Positions 1 to 7,147 of a stretch of 32,654 nucleotides of DNA are shown here, in pieces. Position numbers and translations under genes: made by a program. Each line of letters opens with the position of its first letter. The first letter of the stretch is position 1. Source of the stretch: a virus; the IMG/VR virus record IMGVR_UViG_3300045988_125832, positions 1-32,654 of that record; one strand, given 5' to 3'. The notes beneath the pieces were generated by a model. The model ran no database searches and was not told where the DNA came from. It worked only from the letters and a program-made list of their open reading frames with translations.

Positions 1-99
1 TCTTTTTTCGTTGTGTCTCTGTGAATGCTTTATACTTCCCGCATACACTGTGACAACCAACTTTCCTGTCTACGCATTCCTTACATGGACAGTTTTTCA
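1..99. repeat. Terminal direct repeat copy A (identical to 32556..32654)
   Basis: Read directly: 1-99 (tcttttttcgttgtgtctctgtgaatgc...gacagtttttca) equals 32556-32654, offset 32,555 bp. Confidence 0.95.
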
Positions 100-100
100 C
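1..100 (-). CDS. 5' part of a 66-aa Cys-rich small protein gene that wraps the window junction (continues 32555..32455)
   Basis: GTG at 100-98 is preceded by GGAAGGAGTGGAAG. The frame stays open through base 1 and, via the repeat, to TAG at 32457-32455. Product: MKNCPCKECVDRKVGCHSVCGKYKAF... Confidence 0.55.
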   Translation of the reverse strand, partial: MKNCPCKECVDRKVGCHSVCGKYKAFTETQRKK

Positions 101-132
101 AACTTCCACTCCTTCCACTACCTATTTTTGCG

Positions 133-170
133 CAAAAAAATACCAACCATCGAATAATGATGGTTGGTAT
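133..170 (-). terminator. Rho-independent terminator after gene 184..459
   Basis: 12-bp stem ataccaaccatc (140-151) / gatggttggtat (159-170) with a 7-nt loop. The A7 run at 134-140 gives a U-tract on the minus strand. Confidence 0.7.
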
Positions 171-183
171 CAATATTATAATC

Positions 184-459
184 TTAATATTCATGAAGCA
201 CATACTTAATTAAAAAATCGTCTGCTTCATCTGGATCAAATTGATCAGGATCATAAATTGCCCTAGAATAATCTACAAATTGAGGTAAATGAGCTTCTGT
301 CATCTTAGCACTTCTGTAACCTCTTCGACGCAATTCATCCAATACCTCATCAGATAATGGTCTTGAATCTAAATTACCAAAGTCGTCCCTCGTTACAATG
401 CCCCTTGATTCGTATGCCTCTATAACATTTTGAATATCTTGTTCTGTAAACATCTTCAT
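184..459 (-). CDS. Small acidic protein of unknown function (moron-like); likely start at ATG 453
   Basis: ORF with AGGAGG (rc of 461-466) 7 nt before the ATG at 453. By my count 21 Asp/Glu against 11 Lys/Arg in 91 aa. Has its own promoter and terminator. Confidence 0.6.
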   Translation of the reverse strand: MKMFTEQDIQNVIEAYESRGIVTRDDFGNLDSRPLSDEVLDELRRRGYRSAKMTEAHLPQFVDYSRAIYDPDQFDPDEADDFLIKYVLHEY

Positions 460-482
460 TCCTCCTATAGTATGATATAAAA

Positions 483-511
483 ATTATACCACTCCAACCA
501 TCAATATTCAA
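483..511 (-). promoter_or_regulatory. Sigma-A-type promoter TTGAAT-17-TGgTATAAT for gene 184..459
   Basis: On the minus strand the -35 is TTGAAT (511-506) and the extended -10 is TGgTATAAT (491-483), with an exact 17-nt spacer. TTCGAC direct repeats at 521-526 and 531-536 lie just upstream. Confidence 0.6.
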
Positions 512-537
512 TTTTCAAAGTTCGACAAATTTCGACG

Positions 538-1782
538 CTACATCATCTGATCTAATGGCAACTCCATCTGAATTGCCGGATAATCTTCCCATGGAACGCC
601 TATGTAATCTAGGACTCTTCCCCAGCCATATTTCTCTCCAGTCTCTGGATCTGTACAACACCGGTACATGTAATACTCCCATTCTTTCTGGTTACGCTCT
701 CGCAATTTATCAAATCTATGTGGTCTTTTCTCCATGTGAATGCCAAAGCCACACATACTACATCCGGTTCGCTGTGCTCCTGTAGTCCGAAGATTTCCGC
801 ACTGATCCTGTACTACATCGCCGTAAATATCCGGTATAATGCTATCCACCGGCTCATATGGTATTACATTTCCATTCTTGTCTTTGCTGTAAGGTTGCTC
901 ATAGTACAACTTCTCAAACACATCCATGTTTTTGTGATACCAATCATCCATTTCCAATGCCAGCTTTAATATGTCATTTCGCATATACGGAGCAAACGGA
1001 GCCGATCGCATTGTGGTTTTTCCATAGTAGTTGCATCCGTGATCGGTAAGCGCTTCTTCTCTCTGCCCGCCTTCCGATGCCATCATTCCAAGATACGGAT
1101 AGCTCTGATGTTCCCTCGCCCAGTCGTCACATGGTTTTTCTTTGAGCCAGTAGCAACAATCATTTGATACTTTGAAATCCGGTTTCTGATAGTTCACTCC
1201 TTCATTTTCGTTTTCATACCCCCCGAACAATTTCAACCACTTCTGCGGCAGTTTCATCCGGCTATTCTTCTGAAAATGACCGAGTTCTCCACATTCACCT
1301 GTAATAATCGCATGTCTGACAGTTTTATTCTTTTCCGTCGGATTCTGTAACAATGCAATCTTACCTGCTATACGCTTACTGATTACCGGAAATCCAACCT
1401 CATTCAATACCTGTGTCTTTGTCTTATATGAATGCAGAATTGTCACACCAAGCGCTTTGTGCACTTTCTGAATACTTGCATCTTCCAGACTTGATACTGA
1501 TATTGCAGGTACATCAATTCCGATAGATTTCAAGAATACATGCAATGTAATGCTATCAAGTCCACCAACACTGACATGTGCTACTTTCCCACGTTTATCC
1601 ATCTCCTGAAGAAATTCTATTGCCCGGAGTTCTGACCGTTTCTTTTTTACTTCATATGGCTGATATTGCATGGCAATCATCCGGCTTTTTGCTTCACGCT
1701 TCTGTTCTTTCCACTTCTGGAATTCCACATCCGGCTTGTCTATCTCAATATCTTCCAAGAAGTCAAATTGTTCCTGTAACAT
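538..1782 (-). CDS. PP-loop ATPase / PAPS-reductase-family protein (DndC/IbrA-like) with CC...CxxC Fe-S signature
   Basis: VSVGGLDS PP-loop motif, plus NDCCYW and CSMCG Cys motifs as in APS/PAPS reductases. GAAAGGAGA SD upstream. Confidence 0.8.
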   Translation of the reverse strand: MLQEQFDFLEDIEIDKPDVEFQKWKEQKREAKSRMIAMQYQPYEVKKKRSELRAIEFLQEMDKRGKVAHVSVGGLDSITLHVFLKSIGIDVPAISVSSLEDASIQKVHKALGVTILHSYKTKTQVLNEVGFPVISKRIAGKIALLQNPTEKNKTVRHAIITGECGELGHFQKNSRMKLPQKWLKLFGGYENENEGVNYQKPDFKVSNDCCYWLKEKPCDDWAREHQSYPYLGMMASEGGQREEALTDHGCNYYGKTTMRSAPFAPYMRNDILKLALEMDDWYHKNMDVFEKLYYEQPYSKDKNGNVIPYEPVDSIIPDIYGDVVQDQCGNLRTTGAQRTGCSMCGFGIHMEKRPHRFDKLRERNQKEWEYYMYRCCTDPETGEKYGWGRVLDYIGVPWEDYPAIQMELPLDQMM

Positions 1783-1953
1783 GTATTTTATGTCTCCTTT
1801 CCTTGATTTTCTAATTTAATGGCAATATAATATTGATATAATTTGCCAATAACATATTTACTTACATTATTTATCTCATGCTGTTCCGCCATATATGAAC
1901 ATACAATTACAACTAATCTTAAATTAAGCATTACACTTACTGGAGGGACTATT

Positions 1954-2049
1954 ATGGCAATATATGATTTTTTTAAAAAGCTAACGGCGGGCGCAGGTGT
2001 GCGTGGGTTTGCGCTGGAATCCAATGTTGCAGGAACAGATGGTAAGTAA
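1954..2049 (+). CDS. Possible 31-aa peptide MAIYDFFKKLTAGAGVRGFALESNVAGTDGK overlapping the tRNA-like element
   Basis: ATG at 1954 lies 6 nt after GGAGGG (1942-1947). No homology recognised, and it is antisense to the flanking operon. Confidence 0.2.
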   Translation: MAIYDFFKKLTAGAGVRGFALESNVAGTDGK

Positions 2050-2091
2050 ATCTTTGGACACCGAGGGGTTCGATTCCCCTCGAACCCGCCA
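2005..2091 (+). ncRNA. tRNA-like element: canonical acceptor stem + T-arm + GCCA, aberrant D/anticodon region
   Basis: T-stem 2064-2068/2076-2080 with a TTCGATT loop. 7-bp acceptor 2005-2011/2081-2087. Discriminator G2088 and CCA at 2089-2091. The helix 2020-2024/2054-2058 closes a 29-nt loop. Confidence 0.45.
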
Positions 2092-2101
2092 CATAATCTT
2101 T

Positions 2102-4609
2102 TTACATAAAATCGAACAGCGTCAGCTCGTCCATCTCGTTTTCTGCTGCCTGCAGATATCCAACTCCATCTCGGAAATAATCAGGATTCAACTCACAGCC
2201 TTTACCATATCTTCCCATCTTAACCGCCGTCATTGGTACCGTCATAAGTCCGCCGAACGGATCATATACGACATCTCCCGGATTGCTGTATCTGTTGATG
2301 ATCCGCTCCACAATATCAAGCTGAAGCGGACATACATGCATCTGCGCTCTTCTTCGGCTCTGTGTCGTGTTAAGTGTCCGCATCCGGTTGATATCATCCC
2401 ATACCTCAAGTTGGTTCCATGATCCCGGAGCAACCACCATGAAAGTGGCCGGCAGTCTGCCGTCCTTATCAAGCTCTTTTGCAAGCTTCACATGCTCTTC
2501 ATAGTTGTACACGCTCTCTCTGCTGTATTTCCTGTATGCTTTCTGCAGATTATCCACCGATATCTCTTTCAGCTCATCTTTACTGATCAGACGATTGCCC
2601 GATGATCTCCAATATCCGTGTGCATCTATCTGCCATTGCGCTCTTGTGTACTCTTCCTTGCTCTTTGATACCGGATTATCTGCATATGCTTTGCTGTGAT
2701 CCGTTGGGAGCTTTCTGAACAGCAGAATATATTCCGGGCATCCTACACCCATCTTGGTACCATCCTTGCACTGTTCAGACCAGCCAAGGCGATATGTCTG
2801 GTTATTCTCTCGTACAACATCCGTCACAACAGTGATCATGCCGAAATACATAAAACCATGCTTCATGTAATGTTCGATACAATCCGCATGAAACGGCTCG
2901 ATCGTCGGCATACCGGTACCAGTCGCATTTCCAAACAGCACCCGATCTTTAACATGTACTGCTGCCACTCTGCCCGGTTTCAGCACTCGCAGAAGTTCCG
3001 GTGTCAGGTAGTCCATCTGTTCAAAGAACCGCTCTGTATCCTGATTGTGTCCAAAGTCGTTATAATTTGCGCTGTACTCGTAGTGATTGCCGAACGGTAT
3101 CGACGTATGTATCAAATCAACGCTGTTGCTTTCCATGACACGTGTTTCTTCCACGCAGTCGCCGTATACCGCTTCATAGTGATTTCCTCGCACGGTTCGT
3201 TCTTCTCTTGTTCCTTCCACTCCCATCTTCCTTTCCAATCGTTCAGCTTTATTCGCTGAATTCAGTCCATATTTCTTCACGATCTCAACCATCCGCTGAA
3301 CCATGTAATTGTGATTCTTCCATTTTTCCGTCAAGGCTTCCTTAATCTGCCGCTCGTTCTCCATGTAGATAATGTCAATCACAACCGGCTGGTTCTGCAA
3401 GAAACGGTAACATCTGTGGATTGCCTGTATGAAGTCATTAAATTCATAATCAATGCCAAGAAATATCTCACGGTGGCAATACCTCTGAAAATTACACCCG
3501 GAGCCGGACAGCGATTTTTTTGTTGCAAACAACCGTGTCTTTCCATTTGAGAAATCAATTACACGCTGTTCTCTCGTCTCATAATCCATGGATCCATAGA
3601 TATCAACCGTCTCTGGTAACGCCTTCTTGATTGCATGGCGTTCACTCTCCAGGTCGTGCCACAACAAGAAATAATCATCCGGCGAAGCATCTACAATCTC
3701 CTTCATCTTCTGTACCCGGATGTCTATGCTGTCCCGCTTAACTGCTGCCGCTTCTTTCAATCCTTCTGCCGCTTCCTGAAAGAGCTGCATCTGGCCGTCC
3801 CTGTCTGCTGTATCTCCGTAATGAATCGCTATCTCATGCCATCTGACATCAAGCGGTGGCAGATCGTATCCGACATCTGAGTAGTCAGGATTGAGATCAG
3901 ACGGCTTTGTAACGAACAGCGCCCAACTTGACACCCACAACCAGAATTCATCTTCCATATTCGGATACAGCGTCAGGTTGTTTGCCTTTGTACTATCCCG
4001 CTGGAAGAATCTTGTCAGTGCCTGTCCGGTGTCCATGACTTCCAGATATCCGGCATAGTGTATAAGCTCCTTGTACTTATTCGGCGATGGTGTAGCCGTT
4101 GCTACGAGCTTATATGGAACGTTCTTGAATTTATCCAAGAATGTCTGATATGTCTTACTTCCAAAGCTCCGGAGAACACTTGCTTCATCCAGTGACGTTG
4201 CTACGAAGTACGCTGGATCTATATCACCATCTCTCACTCGCTCATAGTTCGTCAGCACAATCTGACTGTCACACGCATTAACCTCATCCATCGTCCGGCA
4301 ATACTCCGGCTTGTCATATCCAAGCAGTTCCACCGCATCCCGGGTGAACTCCTGCTTCACGCCAAGCGGCAACACGATCAAAGCTCTGCCGCCGGTATGT
4401 TCCGCTGCCAGATGGCAAAATTCTATCTCCTGTACCGTTTTTCCAAGTCCGAACGCTTCAAACAATGCCCGGCGTCCGCCCTTAAGTGCCCATGCAACAG
4501 CATCTGACTGATGTGGTTTCAATGCCGGATTGATCTTTGAACGATCAACCGCAAATCCGCTGTCTGTTGCAAGGTCGATTTTGCTTTCTAAAAATTCTCT
4601 ATATGTCAT
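2102..4609 (-). CDS. SNF2-like helicase fused to beta-class N4/N6 DNA methyltransferase
   Basis: Helicase motifs GLGKT, DEAS, TATP and QAIHRCYR are present. Methyltransferase motif IV-like TSIPF precedes motif I DPFGGLMT (beta permutation). Start moved to ATG 4609 (GAGGTG SD, 1 nt after the sigma gene stop). Confidence 0.85.
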   Translation of the reverse strand: MTYREFLESKIDLATDSGFAVDRSKINPALKPHQSDAVAWALKGGRRALFEAFGLGKTVQEIEFCHLAAEHTGGRALIVLPLGVKQEFTRDAVELLGYDKPEYCRTMDEVNACDSQIVLTNYERVRDGDIDPAYFVATSLDEASVLRSFGSKTYQTFLDKFKNVPYKLVATATPSPNKYKELIHYAGYLEVMDTGQALTRFFQRDSTKANNLTLYPNMEDEFWLWVSSWALFVTKPSDLNPDYSDVGYDLPPLDVRWHEIAIHYGDTADRDGQMQLFQEAAEGLKEAAAVKRDSIDIRVQKMKEIVDASPDDYFLLWHDLESERHAIKKALPETVDIYGSMDYETREQRVIDFSNGKTRLFATKKSLSGSGCNFQRYCHREIFLGIDYEFNDFIQAIHRCYRFLQNQPVVIDIIYMENERQIKEALTEKWKNHNYMVQRMVEIVKKYGLNSANKAERLERKMGVEGTREERTVRGNHYEAVYGDCVEETRVMESNSVDLIHTSIPFGNHYEYSANYNDFGHNQDTERFFEQMDYLTPELLRVLKPGRVAAVHVKDRVLFGNATGTGMPTIEPFHADCIEHYMKHGFMYFGMITVVTDVVRENNQTYRLGWSEQCKDGTKMGVGCPEYILLFRKLPTDHSKAYADNPVSKSKEEYTRAQWQIDAHGYWRSSGNRLISKDELKEISVDNLQKAYRKYSRESVYNYEEHVKLAKELDKDGRLPATFMVVAPGSWNQLEVWDDINRMRTLNTTQSRRRAQMHVCPLQLDIVERIINRYSNPGDVVYDPFGGLMTVPMTAVKMGRYGKGCELNPDYFRDGVGYLQAAENEMDELTLFDFM

Positions 4610-4610
4610 A

Positions 4611-5168
4611 TCACACCTCACTTGCGACCAGCTCTCTATTACACAGCTTCTTGATCTGTCTCACTCGTTCAAACGATATACCGCACATTTTTGCTGTATC
4701 GGTCATGCCATATCCCTGCAGCATGCACCGCATTGGCTTCTGTGTTCTCGGAGACAACTGATCAACCATATGTCCGAAATCTATCATCGTAATAAGCTCT
4801 CCGATGCAATCATACTTATCCTCGAGCATCAGATCACCATACGTATCGCCGGTTTCATCTATCACCTTGTCAATCGATACATAACGATACTTGTCGAGGT
4901 CTTCCCGGTTGTGTGGCAATCGGATTGTCTCCGCATCGTAGTTGAGATATCTTCGAACATAACCCTGAATGTATAACCCAATATAGTTACGATTTAGGTG
5001 TTCCAGATCCTTGCTTCTGTCGATTGCTTCCACTAATGCCAGCATACCCACTTGGACAATATCCTCATAATTGGGAAATCCTCGATATTTGTTCAGATGG
5101 AAATACACCAGCTTGATATTTTCTATAATCTTCTGATTACGCATTTCTATATTTGACAATATTTTCAC
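4611..5168 (-). CDS. Sigma-70-family RNA polymerase sigma factor (regions 2 and 4)
   Basis: Region 2-like DIVQVGMLALVEAI and region 4.2-like MTDTAKMCGISFERVRQIK. GTG start 4 nt after the upstream stop. Confidence 0.7.
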   Translation of the reverse strand: MKILSNIEMRNQKIIENIKLVYFHLNKYRGFPNYEDIVQVGMLALVEAIDRSKDLEHLNRNYIGLYIQGYVRRYLNYDAETIRLPHNREDLDKYRYVSIDKVIDETGDTYGDLMLEDKYDCIGELITMIDFGHMVDQLSPRTQKPMRCMLQGYGMTDTAKMCGISFERVRQIKKLCNRELVASEV

Positions 5169-5172
5169 CTTC

Positions 5173-5631
5173 TTAACATGCTTCCTTTTTCTTCATCTTC
5201 TCCTGCATCCAAGCTTTCCACTCCCGCGTGTCCTCGGATACGGTCCAACTATCATTTTTATTGAGTAAATACTCGACTTTTTCCCACATCTCCGCATTCT
5301 TGATTGCAACACCTCTCGCAGACTTCCAACCGGTTTTCTTCCAACCGGTCAGCCAGTCATTTTTGAGTGTCCAGAAGACATGTTCTGTGCGTGTATAGAT
5401 ATGCACGGTACATCCTTTTTGCATACGCTCCAGCGCTGCAATGAGCAACGTCAACGTGATAATGTTTGTATTGCAATGTTCAAAATGCATCACATCGTAC
5501 ACAATCACAGGCTCGCCCTTGTACAGCATCTGCCGTCCATCTTCGTATGCTTCCATCACGTACATACCATCTGCCTTTGTGGCACGCGGTGCAATCGTCG
5601 AAGTCTCAATATATATCCTCACTTCCTGCAT
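5173..5631 (-). CDS. RNase H-like fold protein with substituted catalytic residues
   Basis: By-eye alignment to E. coli RNase HI: TNIITLTLLIAALE ~ TNNRMELMAAIVALE, and WKKTGWKSARGVAIKNAEMW ~ [20 protein letters not shown]. Start moved to ATG 5631 (AGGAAG 8 nt upstream). Confidence 0.6.
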   Translation of the reverse strand: MQEVRIYIETSTIAPRATKADGMYVMEAYEDGRQMLYKGEPVIVYDVMHFEHCNTNIITLTLLIAALERMQKGCTVHIYTRTEHVFWTLKNDWLTGWKKTGWKSARGVAIKNAEMWEKVEYLLNKNDSWTVSEDTREWKAWMQEKMKKKEAC

Positions 5632-6461
5632 TTTCGTCTCTTCCTTTCGTTGCACCGGTGCAACTTCGGCCAATCGTCGCCCGGTGCTCGTATCACTCTC
5701 TTGGTCTGCTGTATCTTTACTTCCGTGTAATAGACATAGCTGTACCCTGTTACCTGATTTATGCCAATTCGAATTGATTTTTTATCTATGTAATACCCCG
5801 GACGGGCTACCGGTCCATCCGTGATGATCTTCTTCATTGTCCGACGTACATATGCTTTCTTCTCTGGCTCCGGACGTACTAAGTTTCTGCTTGAAGAAAG
5901 ACTGGATGCGCGCTTGATCTCTTCCGGTTCAAATATGCTTGTCTGCTCAAGCTCTTCCGGAAGCGGCTTGCACAGATATGATGCAAGCTGTTCGAAACCT
6001 TCCTCGTCCCGGATCGGTTCGCTATGATGTGACAGCCCCGGCCAGTTCTTTGCTATCAGCAGTTCCGTATTCCATATGCGATTACAGATCAGGTGAATAT
6101 GGATGCCGCCGCGCTTGCCAATCTCTACGCGCCGTACCCACTTCCACTTCTCGCCGTGTGCTGCATAATCTCTCCGCATGCTCTTGTTAAAATTTGTTAA
6201 ATCCTTTTGGACTGCATCCATGCTTTTCCGCGTGCCTGCCGGGTATTTCAATGTGATCCAGCAATCGCCCGGTAAGAAGTTCTCCTTCAACAGGTGCCGA
6301 CACTTATTCTCCTTGTTGATCTGATTCTGCCGCTTCACCTGCTCCGGTGTGGCTTTCTTTCTCTTTGCCCGCTTCGCACCCTTCGCTCCAATATGTCCGG
6401 CGAACTTATATGCATGCTCAATGGAATTTGTAAATGTAAATGTATGTTTTCTGTATGCCAT
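5619..6461 (-). CDS. HUH rolling-circle replication initiator (Rep)
   Basis: Ordered motifs WITLKY, GGIHIHLI (HUH) and LASYLCKP (YxxK Tyr), with a Lys/Arg-rich N-terminus. Confidence 0.65.
   Translation of the reverse strand: MAYRKHTFTFTNSIEHAYKFAGHIGAKGAKRAKRKKATPEQVKRQNQINKENKCRHLLKENFLPGDCWITLKYPAGTRKSMDAVQKDLTNFNKSMRRDYAAHGEKWKWVRRVEIGKRGGIHIHLICNRIWNTELLIAKNWPGLSHHSEPIRDEEGFEQLASYLCKPLPEELEQTSIFEPEEIKRASSLSSSRNLVRPEPEKKAYVRRTMKKIITDGPVARPGYYIDKKSIRIGINQVTGYSYVYYTEVKIQQTKRVIRAPGDDWPKLHRCNERKRRKCRK
5649..5664. repeat. Perfect 16-bp palindrome GTTGCACCGGTGCAAC, copy 1 of 3
   Basis: Exact string followed by TT. It lies in the last codons of Rep, just upstream of the SD of the RNase H-like gene. 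Confidence 0.95.
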
Positions 6462-6589
6462 CTGGTGTATCTTCGTCCCTAACTTTAATATGCTAATACT
6501 GCCGAAAAGCGCGGTTTTATCCCGCTTTTCTTGACTTCGTAAGTTCGGTGTGATACACTCAGATTGTTCAGATTTGAGGTATTACACCT

Positions 6590-6616
6590 GAGCCGGTTTT
6601 TCAGCCGGCTCTTTTT
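6590..6616 (+). terminator. Plus-strand-oriented hairpin + T5 (terminator-like) inside a minus-strand operon
   Basis: Stem gagccgg (6590-6596) / ccggctc (6605-6611), then ttttt. The stop codon of the minus-strand ORF lies in the loop. Confidence 0.4.
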
Positions 6617-7134
6617 CTTTTCAATGCAGCTTCTCCGGTTGACTCCTTGTAATATGTGCCGTCCTCAGCTACCCAGTATCGGTACCGGTCGCCATTTGCG
6701 ATCCTGCTGCCTATGTACAGGCATCCTGCCGGAGGCTCCAATCCTGCGAAGCTCTTTGCGCTCATGTATGCTTTGTGAATGATCTCGTCCATCTTCGTCA
6801 CTTGTACGCCACCCTTCTTCGGTCTGACGTCTTGCTCTTCACGATCAGATGATCTGCGCAGTCTGCTTCCACGTTCCAGTTTTCCCACCGCAAGCCGTTT
6901 TTTTCCATGATTTCCTTTTGTTTTCGCGTCGGCTTTGCCGGGCGCTTCAGTTTCTCGTCTTTCAATCTCATCTTCTTCCTCCATTTCATTTGCTAATTCA
7001 ATCAGCTGTTGCCAGATTGTACCGGCTACCATGATCCAGAAGCCATATATCAGCCCCATCCAAAGTAGCACTGCACCCTCGACCATCGCGATCGTTGCCA
7101 GCTTATATGTTGTTATGATCATTTTGTTACTCAT
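6601..7134 (-). CDS. 177-aa ORF: N-terminal membrane segment, charged linker, C-terminal small domain (may be more than one gene)
   Basis: Long ORF with hydrophobic LATIAMVEGAVLLWMGLIYGFWIMVAG. An internal ATG at 6792 could start a separate 63-aa product (MDEIIHKAYMSAKSF...). Confidence 0.45.
   Translation of the reverse strand: MSNKMIITTYKLATIAMVEGAVLLWMGLIYGFWIMVAGTIWQQLIELANEMEEEDEIERRETEAPGKADAKTKGNHGKKRLAVGKLERGSRLRRSSDREEQDVRPKKGGVQVTKMDEIIHKAYMSAKSFAGLEPPAGCLYIGSRIANGDRYRYWVAEDGTYYKESTGEAALKRKRAG
6798..6971 (-). CDS. Alternative-frame 57-aa basic protein nested in ORF 6601..7134
   Basis: ATG at 6971 is preceded by GGAGGAAGAAG. The product MRLKDEKLKRPAKPTRKQKEIMEKNGL..W.V.. resembles small conserved proteins of Firmicute mobile elements (from memory). 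Confidence 0.4.
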   Translation of the reverse strand: MRLKDEKLKRPAKPTRKQKEIMEKNGLRWENWNVEADCADHLIVKSKTSDRRRVAYK

Positions 7135-7147
7135 CCTCTCATCCCTT

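Noticed and set aside
1-99. Terminal repeats as IS/LTR-type mobile-element ends
   Set aside because: They are direct and exact, sit only at the window edges, and restore an ORF when joined. They are best explained by circular closure.
2005-2091. Calling this a functional tRNA gene with a defined anticodon, or the attP core
   Set aside because: Only the acceptor/T-arm half is canonical. No D-arm or 7-nt anticodon loop can be drawn by hand. It is about 10 kb from the integrase. It is therefore reported only as a tRNA-like element.
5649-5664. The 16-bp palindromes as ordinary terminators of the minus-strand operons
   Set aside because: There is no U-tract on the minus strand. Copies 1 and 3 lie between translationally linked genes that must be co-transcribed.
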